From IMG/VR virus record IMGVR_UViG_3300033273_000208, positions 1-64,000 of that record: 64,000 nucleotides of DNA, one strand, 5' to 3'. The translations under genes were made by a program, and so were the position numbers. Below, one piece after another: positions 26,665 to 41,600 of this stretch. The notes under the pieces were generated by a model. That model worked only from the letters and a program-made list of their open reading frames with translations. It did not search any database and was not told the origin of the DNA. Position 1 is the first letter of the stretch; each line of letters opens with the position of its first letter. This stretch comes from a virus.

Positions 26665-29600
26665 ATGCAAAAGAACATCAACGTATCTGACAGAGTTGCT
26701 TATCAGGTACCTGATTTTATCAGGGAAGAAGATCAGCAGTTCGTAGACTTCCTGTTTGAATACTACAAGTCACAGGAAAAGACAGGCAGGCCCTTTGACA
26801 TCCTCAATAACGTCAATCTCTACCTGGACGTTGATTCTTATTCTCAGAGAACCCTCTCTGCAGGCACCACACTGCTCAAGGACATCGGTTTCGTTGAAGA
26901 CCTCATTGAGGTTGAGTCGATTGATGGATTTATCGAAAAGGATGGCAGCATCCTGATCGATAATGAAGTCATCTACTACGAATCGCTGACTAGAGGTCCT
27001 GATGCGATTCTGACCCCTGGCATTTCGATCGAAGAGTTCAAGAAGAAAGAACAACTCCTGGAATCTCCGTTCCAATACTTTGATGGCGTCCAAAACACCT
27101 TTGATCTACGATTCCTTGGTGAACCGATTCAACCCGTCTCGGCAGATCACCTCATTGTGCGTGTTTATGGCGTAGCACAGATTCCTGGTGAAGACTATTT
27201 CGTTGAAGGCGACACTATTCGCTTTGCAACACCCCCTAGAGAAAAACTCGGCACCGATGACCCGAACACAACCTCCATTATCTACATGGTGGGTTTTGCG
27301 GACATCAATATCGACACTCTGGACGAAAATCCAATCCAAGATGGTTCTAAGACCCATCCGCTTCGCTTTGGTACTCAGTTCTATACTCCAGTATCAGAAG
27401 TTGGTCTGATCGTCAACAGAAATGGTGTCTTCCAGCAACCATTTGTTGATTATGTGATCTATCAGACTACTGCTGATGGCACATACATTGAGTTCCGTGG
27501 TTTGCAACTGTCTGCCAGCGAAAGACTGACGATTCGTTCGATTGAGTACATTTCTCCCGCTGTTGGATCGGGGGCTCAGATCGTTTCTAGTGTCAATGAA
27601 GACGGTCTTCTGATCGACCTCCTGGTTAAAGAGGGTGGTAGTGGTTATCGCCTTGAGTTTGCACCCAAAGTAACCATTACTCCGTCTGACCTTGGTGGTG
27701 TCGGTGCAACTGCACGTAGTTTGATCGGTGGTGCTAAAAATATTAACTTGATCGGTGGTGGTCAGGGATATACCTCATATAACCCCCCTCTGATTGAGAT
27801 TGCTCCCCCTACAAACCCCTATGGCACTCAAGCAACAGCAGAACTGGTTGTTGATGATGAAACTGGTCAGGTAAGTTCCCTCAAGATCACTAACTCTGGT
27901 TCTGGTTACGACTTCATCCCCGCAGTTAGTTTTAAGAACCCCAGTGGTGCTGCGATTACCGATCCTGAGATTGACAGTGAGGGTCGTCTGGTAACCGACA
28001 GCATTAGTGTGACTAATGGTGGTCTTGGTTATTCCAATCCCCCTCTGGTACATATTGACCAGGCTCCTGTAGGTGGCATTGATGCCCAAGCAGTCGCTGT
28101 TTTGAACCCTGAGGGCATTGTGGTCCAAGTTGTGATCACAAACCGTGGTAGAGGGTATACCAATGCCCCCAGAGCACGTATTATTCAACCCGTTGGTGCA
28201 CAAGTCCTTGGTGTGACTGTTGCATCTGGTTCAGTTACTGACATTGAACTGCTGACTGGTGGTAGAGGTTACGTTGACCCCCCATCTGTCTATATTGTCG
28301 ATGATCGTAAGGACTCTGCTGGTCTCCCCATCGGCGGTACTGGTGCAACTGCTGTTGCAACCATCTTTAACGGTGAAATCACAGATATCAGCATTACCAA
28401 CTTTGGTGAGGGGTATGATCCCGCATTCCCACCGAAAATCTACATTGCAGAACCTCAAGCGGCTAGAGCATCTGTAGATATCGGTTTTGATGAGGTTACT
28501 GGATTTGAAATCAACACACCTGGCTCTGGGTACAAACCCTCTGCTCTGGTGGGCTGTGTGCGTGGCACCAGCGGAACCATCTCCTACGATAATGTAGGAA
28601 ACCAAATCTTTGCAACCGAATCTCAACTCAAACTCAGCAATCATATTGCTGGTGCTGAAGTTGTCTCTCTCGACACACTTTTCTTACGTCAGATCTTTGA
28701 TAAGATTCGCCGTCAGTACCTGCCGACCATTCGACTGGATTATACCAAGGTAAATCCCGTTCAGGTCATCAAACGTATCCGTGACTTCTATGTATCTAAG
28801 GGTACTAAGACTGCAACTCAGTTCCTGTTCAAAGTTCTGTTTGGTGAAGAGGTTGATGTCTACTATCCCCGCGATGAGGTCATTTCTCCTTCTGCTGCAA
28901 GTTGGGTTGTTGATACCATCCTTCGTGCAACCCTTATTGAGGGTAACCCAGACGATCTGATCGATGGTGAGATCGTTCAACTCGTAGATGAAGTCGATAC
29001 TAACGTTACTGCTGCTTCTGCATTGATTGAGAACGTTATCTCGATTATTAAAGGCACTGACACCATTTACGAACTGGCAATCTCTGAAGAAACCCTTCAG
29101 GGCAAGTTTATCATCCCATATAAGACAAAACTGGTTGAGTTTCTGAGCAAGACTGATCAGATCATCACTGTGGACTCCACAATCGGATGGCCTGCAAGAA
29201 ACGGTACAATCCGAATCAATGATGAGGAAGTTGTTCAGTATAAAGAGCGTTCACTGAACCAGTTCATCGAATGTACTCGTTCTAAGAACGGTGTGGTTGA
29301 AGATTGGGATCCTGGCACTATTATCTATTCTGATATCTACGTTTACGTCAACTATGGCACTGATCAGCAGTGCAAACTGCGTATTCTGGGTATTGCTGAA
29401 GCAGGAAGTACAACTCTCGACGATACTGGTTCTTACTACCTCGAAGGCGATAAACTGACCGTTGCATCTCTTGGTGCTACCGATCAGGACGAAAAACTGT
29501 CCTCTTGGTTGTACAACGTCAAAAAACTGATTTCGGTTGAGTCTGCAACTCCTGGTGGTCAGAATAATCAGACTGCAACCATCGTAACAAGCAATCCTCA

Positions 29601-32600
29601 TGGTTTGCTGGTGGAAGATAACGTGACAGTCTATGGTGCAAACCCAACTGTCTATAACGGCACTTTCCAAGTCACAGCACGTCTTGATGAGTATACATTC
29701 TCCTATCAGATGCTTGCTCCTACGGATATTATTCCTCAGGGCAACATTCTGCTGTCGGTTGACCTAAACCGTGGTAAGTCCGACGTTACTGCGATCAATA
29801 CTGCGATCACACCGTTTACCAGTAATATCCAAAACTCGTTCTTCAATGCACAGTATGTTTATGCTGCTGCAACGGGTCTTCCCAACTACAAAGTTGGTCC
29901 GTTTATTGGCACTGCACTGATTCCTGGTAACCAACGCAAACTCTTGCGTTTCCCCAGAAAGGCAACAACGGTCTCCAAGCGTGAAACTGTAAGACCCAAC
30001 ACTGCCGTTGGTGCATGGGTCAATGGTGTTTCTGTATGGTCCTATAAGTCCTCTGAGTTCCTGCGCTATGGTCCCCTGACAAGCATTGACATCACTAATG
30101 GTGGTCAAGGGTATGACGCTGGCAATAAACCACAACTGGAGATTTCTGGTGGTGGTGGATCTGGTGCAACTGCAGAAGTTACCGTTAATGGTTCCCTGTT
30201 CTCCATTGAGGTCACTGACGGTGGTACTGGATATAAGACACAACCTCTGGTGTCGGTTGTTGGTGGCGATGGCATTGGTGCTACAGCACAAGCCGTTATC
30301 ACTGGTGGTCGTGTAAGTCGTGTTCTGGTCGAACAACCTGGAACTGGATATACATCCCAACCCCTGATCTCTATTACTGGTGGTGGCGGTAGTGGTGCTA
30401 CAGCAACTGCAAGTGTCCGTGGTCCTATTTCTGCAGTAACTCTGACCAATGCTGGTTCTGGTTACACAGAACTTCCCACTATTAACCTAAACTCTGGTTC
30501 TGGTGCTCTTGCACAACCAATCGTTATCAATGGTCGTATTGTCTCTATTGCTATCATCAACTCTGGTAGTGGTTACACAACTGCACCCAACATTGTGATT
30601 AACGGCGATGGTTTTGGTGCTATCGCAAAAGCAGTCATTGGAACTATCGGTGAAGATAAGGGTAAGGTCATTAGTGTCCAGATCCTGAACAAGGGCATTA
30701 ACTATACTCAGGGCAATACAACAATCCGTTTGGAGGCAGTTGGTGAGTTTGCAACGTTCAAACCCAATGTTTTCCAATGGACCAAGAACCTGCATTATGA
30801 TCTTGCAGACAAGTATGACTTTGCAAGAGGTTATGTCTTCACAGGTTACAATAACCAGTTCGGTGGCGAATATGCACACCTCGTTGACCCGAAAGAACTG
30901 CGCTATGTAGTTGGTGACAACGTATTCCTGGATCCTGCAACAAATACATTCCAAGAACAGACTGCTAACAACGAGCACTCTCCGATTCTTGGTTGGGCAT
31001 ACGATGGTAACCCCATCTATGGACCATATGGTTATATCGACCCCACAGACCAGAATAGTGGTCTGAGAAGACTCCGTTCTTCTTATCAGTTGAAGTCTTC
31101 ACTGGTCTACGAGGTAGACTCCAACCCCAATCCCACTCGTGGCGATGGTCCTCCGCTGAGTGAGTATCCTGCTGGTACATTCGTTGATGACTACGAGTAT
31201 GCATTCCAGTTGGGTGATCTGGACCCCTACAACGGTCGTTTCTGTAAGACCCCCGAGTATCCTGACGGCACTTATGCATATTTCGTCACTATTGACGAAT
31301 CTGATGCGGGTCAAGCAGTATTCCCATATATCATTGGTCCTGAGTTCTATTCTCAACCAGATACCTGGAATATGAGTCAGGATGCGACTCAGGATAATAT
31401 TCCTTCCGATGTTGTCCGTTTCCGCGATCCGTTTACCGAAGTTGACATTGATGTTGATCGTCAACCCAACAGAGAACCAGATATCCTGACTACAGAACTT
31501 GAGGCATATCCTCTGATCTTGGAAATCCAAGATACTAACGGTGATGGCATCATTGACTCTAATGAGCAGTTAGAAACTATCGAACTCTCTGAAGAATCAA
31601 CTCTACAAATCTATGATTACTTCCCAACTGTTTCTGACGAGTCTAGAGTTGATATTGAAGTCGAAACTATTACTAAGTTTGAATCCGCACAGATTGACGG
31701 ATTCGTTATCGAAAATCCTGGTGTTTCTTATCAGGTAGATGACGTTATCTTCTTCAATAATGAGGGATCTGGTGGTTTTGGTGCTTCTGCAGCGGTTTCT
31801 GCTGTTGAAGGTCTCAGCATCCTCGGATATCAGAAGATCATTGAAGATGATGTGGTATACGGTAAGATTACCACTGATGGTAACCACGAACTGTATGTTG
31901 GTGATGAGGTAATCGTTACATCTACAGTTATCCCCGACAATACCAATAAAACCTACTATACCAAGGTTGTTTCTGGTATTGAGGATATTGTCATTGATCA
32001 AGAGGGAGTTGGTTACAACGAATCGATTCCTCCCACATATGAACTGATCACGACTTCTGGTCAGGATGCAGTATTTAATCTGAACGTTACTCAGACTGGT
32101 CAGATTACAGAGGCTCAGATCAGCATTATCAACTCTGGTAATCAGTATGATCCTGAGAATCCTCCACAAGTACGTGTCTCCCACCCACAAATCTTCAAGA
32201 AGACTCGCTACTATGCTGGTGAATACAGAGAAACCACTCAGAGTGAGGAAACTCTTGGTGTATTCAATGTCAACCACTCACTGACAAATGCTCTTCGTTA
32301 TACCTATGTCTGTGGTTCCATCACTAAGTCAGATGGCACAACCGCTGCATGGATTGCTAAGTTTAACGATGTTGGCGATCTGATTTGGGATCGTACACTC
32401 GAAACCATCGATGGTATCACCAAGACTGCTAGATTCAAGCAGATGTACCTCGATGAGCGTGCAGAGAATGACATTATCTATGTTGTTGGTGAAACTGAGT
32501 ACGATAATGCAAACAATCGTCCCGACATCCTACTCGTTAAGTATGAGTCGGCATTTGACAATGCAAACCAACCCGAAGGTCAAGTAAGATACCAGAAGGA

Positions 32601-35600
32601 GATTTCTGGTGTGTCTGGTACTACTCGTCGTGACTATGCGATGGGTATCACCCTTGGCGAAGAAGAAAGAGTATACATCTGCGGTTATACCGACACCAAC
32701 TCACCCGACCCCGATGATATGTGGGTCATTCAGATGAATGAAGAAGGTGAGATGAGAGAGAAGCGTAAGTTCTCTTCTTCGGATGATGATGAGCGTATGC
32801 ACCAGATCAAGTATCTGGGTGATGCAAGATATCTGTTTGTCGGCATGAATATGTCCGACTATTACATGATTATTGGTGAGTTCTTCTTCGATGGTAATAA
32901 CATCGAACTTTCCTATGCTAAGAACATCAATATCTCTGGTGGTAGACCCCAGAATCCTCGTTTCACGATTGACAACTATAATGATGTATATCTGACATTT
33001 GATATCTTTAACAATGCCATCCAGAAGAACTCTGCTGTTGGTATTGCCAAGTTTGCTTATGATCAGATCAATGCTAATGAACCCACCTGGGATTGGTATA
33101 AAATCCTTGCACCTAGCACAGAGTTTGTTTCTATCACCAATGCAGACATCAATATTGATATTTTTGGTAATGTGACCCTGGTCACTGACACCAAACTTAC
33201 CGAAAACACCAGAAAAGTTGGTGCTCACTATATTAAGTTTGATGGTGAGATTCTTAAGCAATCTACTATCGAAGATGTTGACACAGTTGGTGTTCAGGCA
33301 ACAACCCACACTGTTGATGATTCGGGAGACCTGATCATCTTTGGTCAGAAGCAAAAGTCCGATCAAGCGGCATCTTACCGTTTTGATGGTTCTGAGGGTA
33401 GTGGCGGATTTATTTCTGCTATTACTAACATTACTGGCACTGCCGCAACTCGTGGTGCTGGTGTTGGTACTCTTGGTTCTATTTCTGCGGCAGATCAAAT
33501 CAGAGCAACCAATATCGGCACTCTGACTACTGCAACTGCTGTCAACGTTCTCCGTGCTGGTAAGATCTCAACCGTTGGTGGATTTAGTGCTGCTGATGTT
33601 CGACGTGCAGGTACCGTCCTTGATCTGGAGAACTTCAGTGCTGCTGATGCCCGTCGTGGTGGTGCAGTTAATGGTGTAACCAACATCTCCGCTGCAGATC
33701 CGAAGCGTGGTGGTGTTATTGCATCTGTAAACAATATTGGTGCTGCAGATCAAGCAAGAGGTGGTCGAATCACCTTGATGGCAAATATCTCTGCTGCAGA
33801 CCCCATCCGTGGTGGTAATATCCTCGGTGTTGGTAATGTTAGTGCTTCCGATCCTTCCAGAACTGCTGGAACATATCAGGCTGTTACCTATACAACATCT
33901 GGTAGTGGTGTTAATGCCGTCTTTGATATTACAGTCAATGCTGCAGGTGCAGCAATCATTACAGTTGTAAATGGTGGTATTTCGTTTGCAATCAACGAAA
34001 CAATCACTGTTGCTGACGCTCAGTTGGGCGGTGGTGGTGCACCTGATGTGACATTCCAAGTCAATGCTATTGGTGGTTTTAACTACACAAATGTTCCTGT
34101 AACCAGTACAGATGTAAACAGCACTGGTTCTGGTGCCACTGTGGATGTTGGTGTTTCTTCCACTGGTGATGTTTCCTTGACAGTCAACCAAGGTGGTATT
34201 GGATACTATAACGGTGAGACTCTGACCATTTCCGATTCGGATATCGGTGCCTCTGGTGCAGCGAACCCAACGTTTGATGTATCTGGTCTTGGTGGATTCT
34301 CTTATACCAACGTTGCTAGCACAAACAATGGTGTTGGTGTTAATGCAACCTTTAACGTAACTATTGATGGCACGGGTGCGGCAATCGTTGTACAGGTCAA
34401 TCAGGGTGGTCTTGCATATGCTGCAGGCGACACAGTAACCATTTCAGATTCTCTGCTTGGCAATAATGGTGCAGCAAACCTGACCTTTGATGTTGAAACG
34501 ATTACTGCTCCTGCAACATATACAAACGTTGCTGCCACTTCGACAAGTGGCATCGGTACAAATGCAACGTTCTCCGTCACTATCGATGCTAACGGTGCCG
34601 CATCTATCGTATCTGGCACTCCTGCTGGTCTGTCTTATGCGGTCGGTGACACCATTACGATTGCAGACACATCTCTGGGCAATAGTGGTGCTGCTGACCT
34701 CACATTTGAGGTAGCAACCATCAAAGCACCCCCTCTGTATAGCAACGTTGCTACAACATCTAATGGTGCTGGTTCTGGTCTGACTCTGCAGGTCACTATC
34801 AATGCAGATGGTTCTGTAGCATTCTTGAACGTCACCGATCCTGGTAATGGATATGTGGTTGGTGATACCATCACTATCCAAGATGCAGATGTTGGTGGTA
34901 CTGGTGCTCCAAATATTACTGCAGATGTTGAGTCTGTTGGTGGTGGTGCAATCTATACCGTAAGCAACTTTACGAGCACTGGTTCTGGTACTGGTGCCAC
35001 ATTCAACGTCACTGTTGACAGTAGTGGTGCTATTTCTCAGGTAAATATCATTAACAGTGGTAATGGATTCGTTGCTAACGAGACCGTGACTGTTCCCGAT
35101 AGTGAACTGGGTAACAACGGCGGTGCAGACTTCACATTCAATGTGACTGCAACTAACGGCATTACTTATAGTGGTATCTCCACGTGGACATCCAGCAATA
35201 ATGCATATGGTGGTGGTACTGGTGCAGTATTCAACATTGAGTTGGATAACCTGGGTAACTTTACAGCACTGACACCAATCAGCCGTGGTGCAAACTTTGT
35301 TCTTAACGACACAATCACCATCCCAGATTCTCAGTTGGGTAACACTGGGGCACCTGATGTAGTCCTGAGTGTGGCGTCCATTGAGGGTCATACTTACAAT
35401 AATATTTCTGCCACCACAAGTGGAACTGGCGAACTCGCAACCTTCAATGTTGTCGTTGATGGCAATGGTCTGGCAACACCTACTGTTAATGACCCTGGTA
35501 GAGAATATCAAACTGGTGATACATTCACCATTACCGATGCTCAACTTGGCAACTTTGGTGGTGCTAATCTGACCTTTGAGGTCACCGTACTTCAAGGTAT

Positions 35601-38600
35601 TGTCTATAGCAACATCAGTGCTTCTGAAGGCAGTGGCGTTAATGCATCTATCGACGTTAACGTTGATGCTAGCGGTGCTGTTACTATCAATATGAATAAG
35701 ACGGGTCGTGGATATCTGATTAGCGACACTCTGAGAGTAACTGATGCACAACTGGGTGGATATGGATATGCCGACATCACGTTTGATGTTCAAACAACCA
35801 TTAACGTCTTTGATGAGACAAAACTGAACCGTGGTACTCCCCAATACTACAATGCAACCGATGCAACCATTGATACGGTTAACTATAAGTGGGGAACTGG
35901 TTCTACTGCACTAACTGCAGCAAACCACTATGGTATTACAGGTTTCGACCTGAATACATCCGAGTGGACCCTGCAAGGTTGGTTCCGTATTGATAGTGCA
36001 ACTCAAGCACTGAACAACTCTCAACCCACATTCTTCGAGACTCATCCTAATGATGGCAGCAACCCTTCCAATACGCTGAGACTGTATGTTGATGGTGATA
36101 GTGGTAGTGCAGACTATGGAAAACTGAAACTGGTCCATGAAGGAACCACTGACGTTGCGGTATCCGTTTCTGCTACTGTTTGGGCAACATTTGCTGGTGG
36201 CGCATGGGTTCATGTTGCACTGTCTAAGACTCAGCCCACATTGGGTGCATATGACTATGCAGCATACATCAACGGTCAACAGTTGGGTCTGTGGTCTGGT
36301 AGTACGGATGATATTGGTGTTGATGAAGTATACGTTGGTGGTATCAAAGTTCCAACAACATATACAACACTTATCGGTAACATCGATGACTTTGTGATCG
36401 ATGATGATAGTCAGTATTCTGGTGCTTCTTTCACTTTGCCTGATGCTGCTATTCCGATTAGAACAACAAACACTGGTGTATCGATCTATAAGATCGATAG
36501 ACAGCATGATCGTCGTGGAACATTTGCAGTAACTGATCTGCCGAACTCCACATCGGTTGCATTCCTCGCAGAATCTAACTGGTCATATAACACCCAGACT
36601 CAACCTGCAATGACTAACTGGGAGATTGGTCCTGGTGGTCTGCAGATTCTTGACTATGCTGAGGTTACCAGTCAGTTGACTACAGGCATCTATACATTTG
36701 ACTACGATTCCGTTCTGTACGGTTCTAAGACTTCTACCGTTCCTTCTCCTGGTGGAAAGAGACTTGTACTGTCTCCTGTCGTAACACCAAAGTATTATAT
36801 CAAGGATGCGACATATCAGAAGATTGATAGTGTCCAACAACTGACCTTTAATCAGGATGTCCGCTTTACTAAGGGGCAAATCCTGCAACAGTACAACGAG
36901 CAGGGCACTACCCAGCGTTACGGCACTATTGTTGAAGTTCCAGAGGGAACTATTGAGAATCCTGGTCTGGGCACAACCTACAAGATTGGTAACATCTTCC
37001 CTGCTGCAGCAACATTTAATACCACTGATAAAATCAGAAGCACCAGTGCAACTGATGCAGGTCTGAACGTTATTACTGGCATTACATTCACAGTTGCTCG
37101 TGATTTTGCTGAATGGGAACAGGCGGCATCTTACATTGCTGGTGATCAGGTTTACTCTCAGGGTAATATTTACACAGCAACCACCAATGGCACCGCTGGT
37201 ACTAATGAACCAGTCCACACAACTGGCAATGCTAGCGATGGTGGTGTTTCTTGGGACTTCACAGTTTCTGCCAACACTCCCCTTGAAGTAGATCTGTCGA
37301 ATACCCCATATCCTACACCTAAGGATCCTATCTGGACAAAACTGAAGATCTATGACATCGGTGATGTTGTCTACTACGGCAGAAACAAGTATACCGCAAC
37401 TGCTGCTGGTCGTTCTTCTCAGAATCCTCCCACCCACACTACAGGCACTGCAACAGACGGTACTGTAACTTGGCAATATACTTCGACATATGATCCTCTG
37501 AGTGATTATGCAACCTTCAAAGAGTTTGATGCTGGTGAAAACTGGTATTCTCTCACGGTTAATAAAATCTACAGCGATTCCAACTTCATTGCTAATGACA
37601 ACCTTAGCATTGGTGGTTCGGTAACTGTCAATCCTAAAGAGGATGCACCCACTATCCTTCAAATCAATGGTATCGGTAGTGTCAAAGAGATCTCTCTCAT
37701 TGCAGTTCTCGACAAGACAATCCTCGTTGATACGCAGGAAAGAACTGATCTTGTTTACTGTGTCGCAAATAGTGCACACAAATACTCCGCAAATGACATC
37801 CTGTTTACAGAAGGATTCAGCACAAGCGAGTTTAATGGTTCGTTCTTCGTCAGAGAAGTCTTCTCTTCTAGAGAGTTTACTTTCCAAGTTCGTGAAACAC
37901 CTGCAGCAGAACCAGCATTCCTGCAGAACAGCATTGCTCGTGTAAACATTTACACTAAGCACCCAACTCTGCTTCTGATCAGGAACCACAACTACCTCTT
38001 TGATATGAGTGACAGCAGTAACCTTGGTTACTATCTGTCATTCTCTCAAGATAACGAGTTCAAACTGGAATACTCCTTCAATAATATTGAACGTCAGGGA
38101 ACTCCTGGTGTGTTTGACGGTACCAATGCACCATTCGTTAAACTCAAAGTTGACGGTCAAGTTACTAATATCTCTTATTACTTCGACCCCTCCAGAACTG
38201 GTGCAAACTCCCCTGTGGGTGATAAGTCCTTCATTGATGTTAAGAAGACACCGTTTGACGGCAGATATACCGTCAGCAAAGTTCTTTCTCAGACTGAGTT
38301 CCAGTTCCCACTGCTATTTGAACCTGAAAACAATAATGCCGAAATCGGTAGTGATGATCAGGGCAATCCATATTCCGTTTACTCCACAACATCCAAGAGA
38401 GCAATCGGTCCTATTGCAGACATCAAACTGATTTCTGCTGGTGGTTTCTATCAGAGACTGCCCATCATTTCCGATATTGCATCTTTCCGTCAGATTGAGC
38501 GTGTTGAGATTATCTCTGGTGGTTCTGAGTATGCTATCGGTACATATGATCAGGTGCCCATTAACGGTGACGGTGAAGGCGGTCTCTGCCGCATCGAAGT

Positions 38601-41600
38601 TGCAGTTGATGAAGAAATCGGTTCTGGCACTATCGTTAGCGTAACCGTTACCGATCCTGGTAAGGGATATACAACTGCAAGCATCGACGTTGATGGAATC
38701 CAAGGTATTCTTGGTCCCACGCTGACTGGTTCGGGTGCTGATTTGGATGTCATCATTCCTGATGAGGGATCTGGTGCATCGGTCTTCCTGACTGGTAAGA
38801 ATATTGGTAAGATCAAGAAACTCAAGAACAATGAGTTTGGTTATGGTTACTCCCACGACTACACTCTGAAACCTGAGATCACCTTCCCGATCAACCTGCA
38901 ACTCTTCAATACCTCGATTCTGTCGCAGATCACCATCACCGATCCTGGTGCTGGATACACCTCTGCTCCTGCGGTGATCATTTCTGGTGGCGGTGGTGTT
39001 GGTGCCGAGGCAGTTGCAGTCGTTAAGAACAACCGTCTGAGTGAGATCCAGATCAAGAATCCTGGTGCTGGTTACTCTTCAGAACCCAGCGTAACTCTGA
39101 AGTCTGAGTTCAACTACGTTGTCAACCTTGACTTGAACTACCTACAGTTCAACTTCCCTCATGGCATTACTAATGGTGCTGCTATTCAGTTCCGTGCCGA
39201 TGATGTTGGTACTACTGTTGGCGAACTGCCGAAGCCCAGTTCTGCTGGTTTGACCAGTTTGGTGGTGGGTCAAACCTACTATGCGATTGCTGGAGAATCC
39301 AACTCTCTGGAAGGTGACCAACTCCGCTTTGCACTGACTCCTGCCGACGCCGAGTCTGGTAACTTTATTACATTCCTGACTCAGGGTGCTGGTCGCCAAG
39401 TCCTGCTTACCGAGGTCTTCGGTGGTAAAGCAGAGGCAGTGGTTGAAACATCCAGATTCCTGGAAGGTGAGAAAGTCTATCAAGGCGATTCTGAAGAAAC
39501 CGCAACCGTTTTTGCATATGTTTCTGAGAATAATGGTTGGCAGCTTGGTCCCAAGATTCTGAAACTTATCAATGCTACTGGCACATTTGTGGTCGGTGAG
39601 CGTGTAAATGGTTCTGTGTCTCGTGCATCTGGTGTTATCGATAACGTTTCCCTTGCTAAGGGCGTCCTGAACATCGACTCTCTGACACAAACTCCTGGTA
39701 GATTCATCGATGACGTTGGTAAACCTTCCGAAATCGTTCAGAAGATTCAAGACTCCTTCTTCTACCAGAACTTCTCTTACGTCATTAAGTCCACGATTCC
39801 CATCAACCGTTGGCGTGAGCAAATCCTGGAGAATAACCACCCGACTGGTTTCAACATGTTCGGTCAGCTTCAACTGGCTGGTGGTAAGGATATCTCTGGT
39901 CGTAAGGTTGGTACTGAGTTCATCAAGCAGGTGAACATCAATGAGTACGCCAATGTCAACCAAATCACATCCTTCGGTGCTGCTCAACCGATCTACACAG
40001 ACTTCAACAATACTGAGGTTCTGTTCCGTAAGAAGCGTTTGACCAACTCTGAGGAAATCCTCACCTCCATCGTTAAGAAACTGGACGATATTGCCGATCA
40101 GTTTGATGGCATTCAAACAGCATTCAATCTTACGGTTGAGGGTGAACAGGTCATCGTTAAGAACAACCAGTTGTTGATCACCCTGAACGGTATCATTCAG
40201 GCACCTGTCGATGCTTACGATATTGTTGGTGGTCAGATCGTCTTCAAGGAAGCACCGAAGGCACCTTCTAAGGTTGTCTATCGTGATGTGGGTCTTGAGT
40301 TCCTGACTATAACTCGTCTGAACCTGACAGATGTTTCTGGCATCTATCCCGAGATTGGATATCAGATCTCTGGTGCTTCTAGCGATGCTTACGCAACTGT
40401 AGTCGCATCTGGTACGAATACAATCGATGTGGTTGATATTACAGGTGGTCCTTTCCAGAACAACGAAAGAATCGACGTTTCTGCTCTTGGATTCAGTGCA
40501 CTGATTGGTTCACAGGAAGTCCTCACACAGTCCACACTGTATGAGTTTGATGAAACTCTGGTTTGCACCAACCGCAACCGTGGCAACCCGACTGCTCAGG
40601 TTAACGCGATCAACTTGGATGAAAACGGCGATGCCAGCAGTGCAATCGTTGTAAGCAAGACAACTGGTACTGCTAAGTATGAGACTGGCGTCTTTGACTT
40701 CCGTCTGCAGGATATCATCTACTCCACTCGCTCCAACTTGGCGGCACGTATCACATTCCTGGCACCTTACAGAGATCCCGTCACTGACGATGTTGTTGGC
40801 GAACAGATCCTGACTGCTGGTTCTTCGTTCTATGGTCTGCTGTTTGAGCGTATTGTTAGCACCAGCTATCCGAACATCCTGTTGGATGATATTTCTAAGT
40901 CCACCATCACACCTACCGAACTCTTTGACAACGAAGAGCGTATCAACTCGTTCTTCCTTGACTTTGAAGAAGTTCGTTCCACTGAGGTAACTTATACCGA
41001 TCTTAGTAGTGGAGTCTTTAGTAATGGCGATGATATCCGTAACATTAAGGTCTTCTATAACAACCCCATTTACGGTGCTGCATATGGAACTGCTGCACCA
41101 CGTTATTACGATGCTAGAAATCGCATTTCTGCATCCAAAGATGAAATCATTGACTTTGCAACTGCAGAGATTGCAGTTGAGCATGAAGACTTCTACTATC
41201 CTGGTCAACCTCAAACCGACTCCCGTTCTAGATTCCGTGACGGTTATCGTCTGATCATCAAGAACAAGGATTGGATTGTTGCCAAGACTTATGAGGATAT
41301 GATCCTCCAGTATCCTTCTCTGGTGGTTCCGAATAGTGATAAGTGTAAGCGTGACTTGGGACATTTTGTTGATGCAGTTGCATACGACACCTATGCAGGT
41401 GGTAACAAGTATGCTCGCAAGTTTATCCAGATGTACTTCACAGGTCAGGGTCTTGGTTATATCAACCAGCAACTTGCAGAAACCACTTGGGCATATGGTC
41501 GTGCAGCAACCTACATGAAGGATGCTATCACTAACCAACTGTCTGGTACTGAGACTATTGATTCTGTGTTATACACCAAGTATCAAGATCTTACAGTTAC

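Noticed and set aside
33403-33861. 51-nt periodicity resembling a CRISPR array
   Set aside because: In-frame protein repeats that are degenerate at the DNA level; no identical repeats or cas genes.
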